From NCBI RefSeq assembly GCF_000189295.2, contig NC_016803.1:420001-452000 (forward strand): a DNA stretch of 32,000 nt, read 5' to 3'. Made by a program: the position numbers and the translations under genes. The first letter of the stretch is position 1, and every line of letters starts with the position of its first letter. The notes under the pieces are model-generated. The model searched no databases. It was given only the letters and a program-made list of their open reading frames with translations, and was not told where the DNA came from. Source of the DNA: Pseudodesulfovibrio mercurii (GTDB taxonomy: Bacteria; Desulfobacterota; Desulfovibrionia; Desulfovibrionales; Desulfovibrionaceae). This document shows, piece by piece, positions 8,433 through 16,590 of this stretch.

Positions 8433-9065
8433 ATGATGGGAGTGAACAAACGTGAGGACGAGGCCGTGGAGCTCAAGGGGCCCGGGTACGTCAAGAAAAG
8501 CTCGGCGATCATGCTGGCGGTCCTGGGCGTGCTGCTCGGGGCCTTCATCGGCAACGCCGTGACCATGCTCTATGTCGGCCAGCGGCAGCAGCGGCTGAAC
8601 GTGTCGACCCAGGCCGTGCCCACCGAGTCCCCGGTGCCGCACACGGCCGATCCCGAGGCCCTGGCCCGCCTGGAGAACGGGGCGGCCGCCGACCCGACCA
8701 ACGCGGACCTGTGGATCGAGCTCGGCAACTTCTGCTTCGACCACAACCTGCCCGCGCGGGCGGTCAACGCCTACGAACGCGCCCTGGAGCTCAGGCCCAA
8801 CGAGGTCAACGTCTGGTCCGACCTGGGGGTCATGTACCGGCGGACCAAACAGTTCGACAAGTCCGTGGACGCCTTCGGCCACGCCGCGGCCCTGGACCCG
8901 AAGCACGTCACCGCGCGGTTCAACATGGGCATCGTCTACCTCCACGACCTGAACGATCCGGCCTTGGCCCTGAAGGCCTGGAAGGAGGTCCTGACCATCG
9001 ACCCGGAGGCCAAGTCGCCCACCGGACAACCCGTGGCGGACATGGTTCAGGGACTGGAAAAATAG
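8433..9065 (+). CDS. Membrane-anchored TPR-repeat protein
   Basis: 210 aa. AGGAG lies 4-8 nt upstream. One N-terminal TM segment (AIMLAVLGVLLGAFIGNAV) is followed by three TPR-like repeats (WIELGNFCFDHNLPARAVNAYERALELRPN...). Confidence 0.75.
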   Translation: MMGVNKREDEAVELKGPGYVKKSSAIMLAVLGVLLGAFIGNAVTMLYVGQRQQRLNVSTQAVPTESPVPHTADPEALARLENGAAADPTNADLWIELGNFCFDHNLPARAVNAYERALELRPNEVNVWSDLGVMYRRTKQFDKSVDAFGHAAALDPKHVTARFNMGIVYLHDLNDPALALKAWKEVLTIDPEAKSPTGQPVADMVQGLEK

Positions 9066-9087
9066 TTAAAGTCAAACATGAAGAAAA

Positions 9088-9118
9088 GGGAGACATGGTT
9101 GTCCATGCCTCCCTTTTT
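9088..9118. terminator. Bidirectional terminator between the TPR gene and cysE
   Basis: GGGAGaCATGG / CCATGcCTCCC stem with a TTGT loop. It is followed by TTTTT and preceded by AAAA. Confidence 0.7.
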
Positions 9119-9150
9119 ATTTGCTTTTTTATTGAAGGATTCGTGCGGGA

Positions 9151-10071
9151 TCAGATGCCCGCGCCGTGCTCGAAGGACTGTTCCAGGGCCCGTGTCTGGA
9201 CAATCTGCGCCCCGGCCGGGACGTCGCGCACGATCCAGACGTTGCCGCCGATGACCGCTTCGCGGCCGATGGTGATGCGGCCGAGGATGGTCGCCCCGGC
9301 GTAGATGATCACGTCGTCCTCCACGATGGGGTGGCGGGGCAGCCCCTTGATAAGCATCTCGTCCTCGCCCTTGGGGAAGGACTTGGCCCCCAGGGTCACG
9401 CCCTGGTACACGCGCACGTTGTCGCCGATGATGCAGGTCTCGCCGATGACCGTGCCGGTGCCGTGGTCGATGAAGAAGGACCGGCCGATGGTCGCGCCGG
9501 GGTGGATGTCGATGCCCGTGTCCGAGTGGGCCATCTCGCCGATGATCCGGGGGATGATGTCCACGCCGAGCTTGTACAGCTCGTGGGCGATGCGGTGGTT
9601 GGTCAGGGCCCGGATGGACGGGTAGCAGAATATGGTCTCCCCGTGTGTCTTGGCCGCGGGGTCGCCGATGTAGGCCGCCTCCACGTCGGACAGCAGGTAC
9701 TCCCTGATCTCGGGCAGCCTGGTGATGAATTTCTTGGCAATGGTCTTGGCCCGCTTCTCGCAGTCGCTGCACCGCTCCGTGGTGGTGGCGTCGCAGACGA
9801 AGCAGTAGCCCCGGTTGATCTGGTCCGCGAGCTTGCGTTCCAGCTGGTCCAGGGTCGAGCCGATGTAGTAGGGCATGGTGTCCGGGGTGATCTCGGACGG
9901 GCCGAAATACCCCGGAAACAGGACGCAGCGCAGGTCCTCGACGATGCCGCGCAGAATCTCCACCGAGGGCATGGGGGCTTCGCCCGCCCGGCGGTGGGAA
10001 CGCGGGCCCTTGTCTCCGGACTCCACGAGGAGCGCGACCACATCCGCCAATGTGTAGTCTTCACTGGTCAT
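9151..10071 (-). CDS. cysE: Serine O-acetyltransferase (long form with an N-terminal extension)
   Basis: The 578-aa track ORF was trimmed to MTSEDYT (GGGAG RBS). The hexapeptide-repeat core is TGIDIHPGATIGRSFFIDHGTGTVIGETCIIGDNVRVYQGVTLG. The upstream SAT helical region is DPAAKTHGETIFCYPSIRALTNHRIAHELY. Confidence 0.9.
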   Translation of the reverse strand: MTSEDYTLADVVALLVESGDKGPRSHRRAGEAPMPSVEILRGIVEDLRCVLFPGYFGPSEITPDTMPYYIGSTLDQLERKLADQINRGYCFVCDATTTERCSDCEKRAKTIAKKFITRLPEIREYLLSDVEAAYIGDPAAKTHGETIFCYPSIRALTNHRIAHELYKLGVDIIPRIIGEMAHSDTGIDIHPGATIGRSFFIDHGTGTVIGETCIIGDNVRVYQGVTLGAKSFPKGEDEMLIKGLPRHPIVEDDVIIYAGATILGRITIGREAVIGGNVWIVRDVPAGAQIVQTRALEQSFEHGAGI

Positions 10072-10082
10072 GGAATCTCCCT

Positions 10083-11003
10083 TTATTCGAAGAGCGGGGT
10101 GCTCAGGTACCGTTCGCCGGTGTCGCAGACGATGAAGACGATCATCTTGCCCGCGTTCTCCTTGCGCGCCGCCAGCTTGAGGGCCGCCGCGCAGTTGGCC
10201 CCGGACGAGATGCCGCAGAGGATGCCTTCCTCGCGCATGAGCCGCTTGGCGGTCTCCAGGGCCTCGTCGTTGGTGATGCGGACCACCTCGTCGATGATCT
10301 CCGTGTTCAGGGCCCCGGGCACGAAACCCGCGCCGATGCCCTGGATGGCGTGGGGGCCGGGCTCGCCGCCGGACAGGACCGGAGAGGCGTCGGGTTCCAC
10401 GGCCACGGCCTTGACCGCGGGTTTGCGGGCCTTGAGGGCCTCGGCCACGCCGGTCAGGGTGCCGCCCGTGCCCACGCCGGCCACGAACAGGTCCACCTCG
10501 CCGTCGGTGTCCTCCCAGATCTCCAGCCCCGTGGTCCGGCGATGGGCCTCGGGGTTGGCTGGGTTGTCGAACTGCATGGGCATGAAGGCGTTGTCCGTCT
10601 CCCGGACGATCCGTTGCGCCCGGTCGATGGCCCCCTTCATGCCCTCGGCGGCCGGGGTCAGGATCAGCTCCGCGCCCAGCCCCTTGAGCAGCTTGCGCCG
10701 CTCCATGGACATGGACTCGGGCATGGTCAGGATGAGCTTCATCCCCTTGACGGCGCAGACAAAGGCCAGACCGATGCCGGTGTTGCCGCTGGTCGGCTCC
10801 ACCAGGACCGTGTTCTCGTCGATGGTCCCGTTTTTCAGGGCGGTCTCGATCATGTTCCGGCCGATGCGGTCCTTGACCGAGCCGCACGGGTTGTAGAATT
10901 CCAGTTTGGCGACCACCTCGGCCTTGAGCCCGGCGGACAGCCTGTTCAGGCGGACCATGGGCGTGCGCCCGATGAGATCCGTCATGTTGTCGGCAATGTT
11001 CAT
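10083..11003 (-). CDS. cysK: Cysteine synthase A (O-acetylserine sulfhydrylase)
   Basis: Trimmed to [22 protein letters not shown]-lysine context NPCGSVKDR, and motifs [10 protein letters not shown] and [10 protein letters not shown]. The start lies 2 nt after the nifS stop. Confidence 0.95.
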   Translation of the reverse strand: MNIADNMTDLIGRTPMVRLNRLSAGLKAEVVAKLEFYNPCGSVKDRIGRNMIETALKNGTIDENTVLVEPTSGNTGIGLAFVCAVKGMKLILTMPESMSMERRKLLKGLGAELILTPAAEGMKGAIDRAQRIVRETDNAFMPMQFDNPANPEAHRRTTGLEIWEDTDGEVDLFVAGVGTGGTLTGVAEALKARKPAVKAVAVEPDASPVLSGGEPGPHAIQGIGAGFVPGALNTEIIDEVVRITNDEALETAKRLMREEGILCGISSGANCAAALKLAARKENAGKMIVFIVCDTGERYLSTPLFE

Positions 11004-11005
11004 GG

Positions 11006-12202
11006 CTACTCCGAAAAGCTTTTGGTGCAGGCCGGGGCCTGCTTTTCCGCCGAGAACGGCGAGAGCTTGCGCAGGTTTTCGATGATCGGCGGCAGGGTCT
11101 TGACCACGAAGTCGATCTCCTCCTCGGTGTTGAACCGGCTCAGGGAGAAACGGATGGACCCGTGGGCGAAGGTGAAGGGCACGCCCATGGCGCGGAGCAC
11201 GTGGGACGGCTCCAGGGAGCCCGAGGTGCAGGCCGAGCCGGAGCTGGCCGCGATGCCCACCTGGTCCATCATCAGCAGGATGGCCTCGCCCTCGACGTAG
11301 CCGAAGGAGATGTTCGTGGTGTTGGGCAGACGGTGTTCCGGGTCGCCGTTGAGCTTGGTGTCCGGGATGGCCTTGAGCAGGCCGGTCTCCAGCCTGTCGC
11401 GCAGCCTCTTCACCTCGGTGTTCTCCTCGACCATGTGTTCGCGGGCCAGTTCGCAGGCCTTGCCCAGGGCGATGATGCCCGTGGTGTTCTCGGTGCCCGC
11501 GCGGCGGCTGCGCTCCTGGTGCCCGCCGATGAGGAACGGGCGGAAGGGCAGGCGCCTGCGCACGAAGAGCGCGCCCACACCCTTGGGGGCGTGCAGCTTG
11601 TGCCCGGACAGGGAGAGCATGTCCACCGGCACCCTGGACAGGTCTATGTCCACCTTGCCCACGGCCTGGACCGCGTCGGTGTGGAAGAACACGTCGTGTT
11701 CCTTGGCGATCTTGGCCATCTCCTCGATGGGATGGATGTTGCCTGTCTCGTTGTTGGCCCACATGACCGAGACGATGGCCGTGTCCGGCCTCAGGGCCGC
11801 CTTGTATTCCTCGATGTCGAGGCGGCCGAACTCGTCGGTGCCGAGGTAGGTGACCTCGTAGCCGTCCTTCTTTTCGAGGTATTTGCACAGGCTCAGAATG
11901 GCCGGGTGCTCCACGGCGGTGGTGATGATGTGGCGCCGGTCGGGCCGGGCGGCCAAGGCCGAGCGGATGGCCGTGTTGTCGGACTCGGAGCCGCAGGAGG
12001 TGAAGATGATCTCCTCGGGCTCGCAGCCGAGTAGGGCCGCCACGGAGGCGCGCGCCTCCTTGAGCTTGACCCCCACCTGGCCGCCGAAGCGGTGCATGGA
12101 GGAGGGGTTGCCGTACAATTCGGTGAAATAGGGCTTCATGGCCTCGAACACGGCCGGGTCCACCTGCGTGGTGGCGTTGTTGTCCAGATAGATGGTCTGC
12201 AT
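11006..12202 (-). CDS. nifS: Cysteine desulfurase NifS
   Basis: Trimmed to [19 protein letters not shown]-lysine context [16 protein letters not shown] and active-site loop SSGSACTSG. The start lies 2 nt after the nifU stop. Confidence 0.95.
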   Translation of the reverse strand: MQTIYLDNNATTQVDPAVFEAMKPYFTELYGNPSSMHRFGGQVGVKLKEARASVAALLGCEPEEIIFTSCGSESDNTAIRSALAARPDRRHIITTAVEHPAILSLCKYLEKKDGYEVTYLGTDEFGRLDIEEYKAALRPDTAIVSVMWANNETGNIHPIEEMAKIAKEHDVFFHTDAVQAVGKVDIDLSRVPVDMLSLSGHKLHAPKGVGALFVRRRLPFRPFLIGGHQERSRRAGTENTTGIIALGKACELAREHMVEENTEVKRLRDRLETGLLKAIPDTKLNGDPEHRLPNTTNISFGYVEGEAILLMMDQVGIAASSGSACTSGSLEPSHVLRAMGVPFTFAHGSIRFSLSRFNTEEEIDFVVKTLPPIIENLRKLSPFSAEKQAPACTKSFSE

Positions 12203-12204
12203 GA

Positions 12205-13059
12205 TTATCCCTCCCGCACCTTCAGGCCGGGATCGACCTTTTCCCTGAGGGCGGTCTCCACCAGCCCTTCCAGGGTCGCCCGGCTGGACGGGCAGCCCGA
12301 GCACATGCCCAGGAAGCGGACGACCACGGCGTCGCGGTCGATGTCCACCAGTTCGATGTTGCCGCCGTCCGCCTTGAGCTTGGGCCGGACGTCCTCGTCG
12401 ATGACCCGCTCGATGAGGTGCATGCGCTGGATGTTGGTCATGCCCTCGGCCGGGAAGGCGGGGGTCGCCGACGGAGTGGGGCAGACGCCCTCGCCGCGTG
12501 CCTCGGCCAGGAGCCGTTCCAGGTCCGGGATGCACTTGCCGCAGCCGCCGCCGGCCTTGGTGAAGTTGGTCACGTCCTCCACGGTCTTGAGGTCGTTGAC
12601 CTTGATGGCCTCGAGGATCTCCTCGTCGAACACGCCGAAGCATTCACAGATGAGCTCGCCCTCGTGGGAGTGTTCGGCCTTGGACGGGGCCTCGCCGCGC
12701 ATGTTTTTGATGGCCTGTTCCAGGGCCTCCTGGCCCATGACCGAGCAGTGCATCTTCTCGCGGGGCAGGCCGCCCAGGTATTCGGCGATGTCCTTGTTGG
12801 TAAGCTTTTCCGCCTCTTCCACGGTCTTGCCGATAATCAGCTCGGTCAGGGCGGAGCTGGAGGCGATGGCGCTGGCGCAGCCGAAGGTCTGGAACTTGGC
12901 GTCGGTGATCCTGCCGTCGTCGCCGACCTTAATGTACAGGGTCAGGGCGTCGCCGCAGGCCAGCGAGCCGACTTCGCCGATCCCGTCCGCGTCCTCAATG
13001 GTGCCCGCGTTGCGCGGATTCAGGAAATGGTCCTTAACTTTGTCGGTATATTCCCACAT
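12205..13059 (-). CDS. nifU: Fe-S cluster assembly scaffold NifU (three-domain form)
   Basis: 284 aa. U-type scaffold cysteines (GSLACGD, FGCASAI, HCS), a central [2Fe-2S]-type Cys region (CECF...GGGCGKC), and a C-terminal Nfu CxxC (GMCSGCPSS). GGAG RBS. Confidence 0.95.
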   Translation of the reverse strand: MWEYTDKVKDHFLNPRNAGTIEDADGIGEVGSLACGDALTLYIKVGDDGRITDAKFQTFGCASAIASSSALTELIIGKTVEEAEKLTNKDIAEYLGGLPREKMHCSVMGQEALEQAIKNMRGEAPSKAEHSHEGELICECFGVFDEEILEAIKVNDLKTVEDVTNFTKAGGGCGKCIPDLERLLAEARGEGVCPTPSATPAFPAEGMTNIQRMHLIERVIDEDVRPKLKADGGNIELVDIDRDAVVVRFLGMCSGCPSSRATLEGLVETALREKVDPGLKVREG

Positions 13060-13168
13060 GTTGACTCCGAAATGGCTGAGTTCATCTGAACAGTTGTAAC
13101 AAGTGCGATACGATCACATTCGTTTACAGTAAGTCCCGACGCGCCGACTGTAAAGGCTTGAGCGCGGA

Positions 13169-13429
13169 TTAGAGGGACATGACCCCCGGAACCTGGGCCG
13201 CCTTTTCGTACACGGCCATGACTTCGTCCGCGGAACACATGGTCGAAGTCATCGTCACACTGGTATATTTTCCGGTCTTGGACTGGCGGAACGAGAGGGG
13301 CTCCGAGGCGAAGACCTCCTTGAAACGGTCCAGGCTTTCGGCCGGGACGATGAATTTGTAGACGTATGGACACGGCCATTGGTGGTGTTCGTCCAGGGTT
13401 TGCTTGAATTTTATCAATTTGTCGGACAT
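13169..13429 (-). CDS. DUF493 / YbeD-like small protein
   Basis: Trimmed to MSDKLIKF (AGGAGA 6 nt upstream). WPCPYVYKFIV ... SKTGKYTSVTMT ... VYEKAAQVPGVMSL follows the YbeD pattern (FP.P..YKV.G ... S.KG.Y.SV.I ... LY..L......V.L). Confidence 0.7.
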   Translation of the reverse strand: MSDKLIKFKQTLDEHHQWPCPYVYKFIVPAESLDRFKEVFASEPLSFRQSKTGKYTSVTMTSTMCSADEVMAVYEKAAQVPGVMSL

Positions 13430-13641
13430 AAGATTCTCCTGTCTCATGTATGATGGGGCGGCCGCGAGGGATTGTTCCCGGCACGCCGGACCATGGTGGA
13501 GCATAGCGCAAAGAGCCAACGATTCCAATAAAATGGTTTTTCATTCATGCGATTTATAACATCATTCCGGAATAAGCTGGGATATGGTCCATTCTGCGGT
13601 AGGGGCGCCGGAACCGTCCCGAGCCGAATCAAGGAAGGGAA

Positions 13642-15780
13642 ATGAGTGAAATAGTAGACGTTCTCGTCGTGGACGACGAACGGATCAACCTCAAGCTGGT
13701 GGAGGGCATCCTGCGCGGGCAGGACCTCAACCTGGTCACGGCCATGTCCGGGGCGGAGGCCCTCAACCTGCTTCCGGACCACGACTTCGCCGTGGCCCTC
13801 CTGGACGTCATGATGCCCGGCATGGACGGCTTCGAGCTGGCCGAGCGGCTGCGCGGCTCCGAGGCCACCCGGAACATCCCGATCATCTTCATCACCGCCA
13901 TCAGCAAGGAGCAGCGGCATGTCTTCCACGGCTACGAGCTGGGCGCGGTGGACTATCTGTTCAAGCCGGTGGAGCCGGAAATTCTGCGCGGCAAGACCAA
14001 CATCTTCGCCGAACTGCACCGGCACAAGCGCTCCCTTATGGAGACCACCCGGCGGCTCGAGGCCACGGTGGCGGAGCTGGAGGCGTCCCGCGAGGCCCTG
14101 GCCCGGTCCGAGCAGCGCTACCGCATGGTCGCGGACTACAACTACGACTGGGAGAGCTGGATCGGCCCCAACGGCAGCCTCCGCTACATCTCGCCGTCCT
14201 GCGAGCGGATCAGCGGCTATTCGCCCCAGCGGTTCCTCGACGAGCCGGACCTGATGCAGCGCATCGTCCACCGCGAGGACCTGAACAAGTGGGTCCAGTT
14301 CATGCAGGACGACACCGTGGGCGACGAGGAGAGCCTGGATTTCCGCATCGGCGACATCAACGCCAAGACCAAGTGGCTGAGCCTGGTCCGCCACTCCATC
14401 TCTTCGGACAAGGGCGAGCCCCTGGGCCTCCGCCTGAGCATGCGCGACATCACCAACCGCAAGCTCGTGGAGAGCAAGCTCCAGCACAGCAACTTCCACG
14501 ATCCCCTGACCGGCCTGCCCAACCGGACCCTGTTCCTGGAACGGCTCAACCGGGCGGCGGAGCGGTGCGCCCGCTCCGGTGAATTTTTCGCGGTCCTGTT
14601 CATCAACATGGACCGCTTCCAGGCGGTCAACGACCACTACGGGCACAGCGTGGGCGACAAGCTCATGGTCCGGATCGGGGTCAAGCTCCAGCAGACGGTC
14701 CGGCCCATCGACACCGTGGCCCGCTTCGGCAGCGACGAATTCGGCGTGCTCATCGAGGACATGCCCCGGCGCAGCGATGTCCGGCCCCTCATCCGCTTGA
14801 TTTTCGATTCCTTCAGGGAGCCGGTGGAGGTGGACGGCATCACCTTCACCCTGTCCGCCAGCATAGGCTACGACGTCGGGGCCGGTACCGAGGTCGATAC
14901 CGAGGAGGTCCTGCACAACGCCCAGGTGGCCATGAACGAGGCCAAGGAGGAGGGCAAGAACCGGGTCACGGCCTACGACAAGCGCATGCGCGAGGGCATG
15001 ATCAACGTCCTGGCCGTGGAAAGCGAGCTCAACCGCGCCCTGGTGGCCGGCGAGTTTACGGCCCACTACCAGCCCATCGTCAACCTGGCCGACGGCAGCC
15101 TCTACGGGTTCGAGGCCCTGGCCCGCTGGAACCATCCCGAGCGCGGCCTGGTCAGTCCCGGCGAATTCATCCCCGTGGCCGAGGAGACCGGTCAGATCGT
15201 CACCCTGGGTTCCCAGATTCTGGAGGAGGCGTGCACGGCCATGCAGGAGTGGACCCGGCGGTATCCGGCGGCGGAGAACCTGACCATCGCCGTGAACATC
15301 TCGGCCAAACAGTTCGCCGAGAGTTCGCTGGCGGCCAACGTGGAGCGCGTTCTGAAGCGGACCGGCCTGCGTCCCGGCAGGCTCAAGCTCGAGATCACCG
15401 AGACCGTGGTCATGCTCGACGCGATCAAGTCGGTCAACCAGCTCAAGACCCTGAAGAACCTCGGCATCCTGCTGTCCATCGACGACTTCGGCACAGGCTA
15501 CTCGTCCATGAGCTATCTCCAGCGGTTCCCCACGGACCAGCTCAAGATCGACCTGAGCTTCGTCCAGCGCATGGAGTCCTCCCCGGAGAACATCGAGATC
15601 ATCCGGGCCATCGTGAACATGGCCCACTCCCTGCGGCTGCGCGTGGTGGCCGAGGGCATCGAGACGGAGCGGCAAAGGGACTTGCTTTATTCACTGCAAT
15701 GCGATTACGGTCAGGGCTACCTGTACTCGCGCCCGCTCCCACGGGAGCAGGCCGAAGATTTCGTCAAGGATTCAAAGTAG
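13642..15780 (+). CDS. Response-regulator receiver / PAS / GGDEF(GSDEF) / EAL protein (c-di-GMP turnover)
   Basis: 712 aa. REC domain (VVDDE ... LLDVMMPGMDG ... FKP) and a PAS domain. The GGDEF domain has a variant GSDEF and keeps RPID five residues upstream. The EAL domain has all hallmark motifs (FEALARW, NISAKQ, EITE, DDFGTGYSS, KIDLSF, EGIET, QGYLYSRP). Confidence 0.93.
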   Translation: MSEIVDVLVVDDERINLKLVEGILRGQDLNLVTAMSGAEALNLLPDHDFAVALLDVMMPGMDGFELAERLRGSEATRNIPIIFITAISKEQRHVFHGYELGAVDYLFKPVEPEILRGKTNIFAELHRHKRSLMETTRRLEATVAELEASREALARSEQRYRMVADYNYDWESWIGPNGSLRYISPSCERISGYSPQRFLDEPDLMQRIVHREDLNKWVQFMQDDTVGDEESLDFRIGDINAKTKWLSLVRHSISSDKGEPLGLRLSMRDITNRKLVESKLQHSNFHDPLTGLPNRTLFLERLNRAAERCARSGEFFAVLFINMDRFQAVNDHYGHSVGDKLMVRIGVKLQQTVRPIDTVARFGSDEFGVLIEDMPRRSDVRPLIRLIFDSFREPVEVDGITFTLSASIGYDVGAGTEVDTEEVLHNAQVAMNEAKEEGKNRVTAYDKRMREGMINVLAVESELNRALVAGEFTAHYQPIVNLADGSLYGFEALARWNHPERGLVSPGEFIPVAEETGQIVTLGSQILEEACTAMQEWTRRYPAAENLTIAVNISAKQFAESSLAANVERVLKRTGLRPGRLKLEITETVVMLDAIKSVNQLKTLKNLGILLSIDDFGTGYSSMSYLQRFPTDQLKIDLSFVQRMESSPENIEIIRAIVNMAHSLRLRVVAEGIETERQRDLLYSLQCDYGQGYLYSRPLPREQAEDFVKDSK

Positions 15781-15824
15781 ATAAACTGGCATTTCATCCG
15801 TCTCAATAACTGGAGTTTTTCCCC

Positions 15825-16007
15825 ATGAATCTCAGCGCACCGCAACTGCTCACCTGGATCGTCGGCGTGATCATCGGCCTTCTCGGCATCCTCATCCAGC
15901 TCGACGTCATGTCCATCCCGGTCCTGGAGGACCTGGTCCGGCCCTTCTGGCTGGTCTCCACGGGGTTCGTCATCCTGGCCGTGTCCAATCTCTTCCGCAG
16001 TCTCTAG
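15825..16007 (+). CDS. Hypothetical 60-aa two-TM membrane protein
   Basis: ATG with GGAG ~10 nt upstream. Two hydrophobic helices and GC3-rich codons. A strong terminator follows immediately. No family recognised. Confidence 0.5.
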   Translation: MNLSAPQLLTWIVGVIIGLLGILIQLDVMSIPVLEDLVRPFWLVSTGFVILAVSNLFRSL

Positions 16008-16034
16008 GGGAGCGAGCTTCCCAGCGCCGTTGCC

Positions 16035-16072
16035 GGGGCCTGACGAAAAATCGTCAGGCCCCTGTTTTTTTT
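16035..16072 (+). terminator. Rho-independent terminator
   Basis: GGGGCCTGACGA / TCGTCAGGCCCC stem (12 bp) with an AAAA loop, then TGTTTTTTTT. Confidence 0.85.
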
Positions 16073-16156
16073 GTCGTGGGTGATGTACCCTGGAACGGTA
16101 TTCGATGATTCCCGGACGAGCGTCGGCGACGGATTCGCCGAGGAGGGTTAACGCCA

Positions 16157-16573
16157 ATGGCTGATTTGAAACGATGGAGCCGCGACGAGATATCGCGCAT
16201 GCGCAGCGACGTGGACCGGCTCTTTGACGACCTGTGCGCGGACTTCAACCTGCCGTCCCTGTTCTGCCGAATGGCTGGCGACCTCATCCTCGACGAGGAG
16301 GACGATACCCTGGTGGTACGGCTGGAACTCGGCAACATGAATCCGGAGGACGTGCACGTCTCGGTGATGGAGCGCCAGCTCTCCATCGTTGCGGAGACCC
16401 GGCAGTCCGGCCCCGGACACGCCAGCACCCACAGTTTTCACAAGGAGCTGCGCCTGCCGTGCCGCATCGACACGGACGGTGTCCGGGCGGAATTCGACGA
16501 CGGCGTGTTGGTGGTCAGGCTGCCCAAGTGCGCGGACCAGTCGGGACAACGGATCAGGATTTCCCGGAAATAA
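16157..16573 (+). CDS. Small heat-shock protein, Hsp20/alpha-crystallin family
   Basis: 138 aa. Alpha-crystallin domain (LVVRLELGNMNPEDVHVSVMERQLSIVAE ... FHKELRLPCRIDTDGVRAEFDDGVLVVRLPK). Confidence 0.85.
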   Translation: MADLKRWSRDEISRMRSDVDRLFDDLCADFNLPSLFCRMAGDLILDEEDDTLVVRLELGNMNPEDVHVSVMERQLSIVAETRQSGPGHASTHSFHKELRLPCRIDTDGVRAEFDDGVLVVRLPKCADQSGQRIRISRK

Positions 16574-16590
16574 CCTACGGAGACGGACTC

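Noticed and set aside
16090-16116. Sigma-32-like promoter (CTGGAA-N15-CCCGGA), or a sigma-54-like TGGAAC-N5-TCGA, upstream of hsp20.
   Set aside because: Both are partial matches lacking key consensus positions: no CCCCAT-type -10, and no GC at -12. They are worth testing only if heat-shock transcript start data exist.
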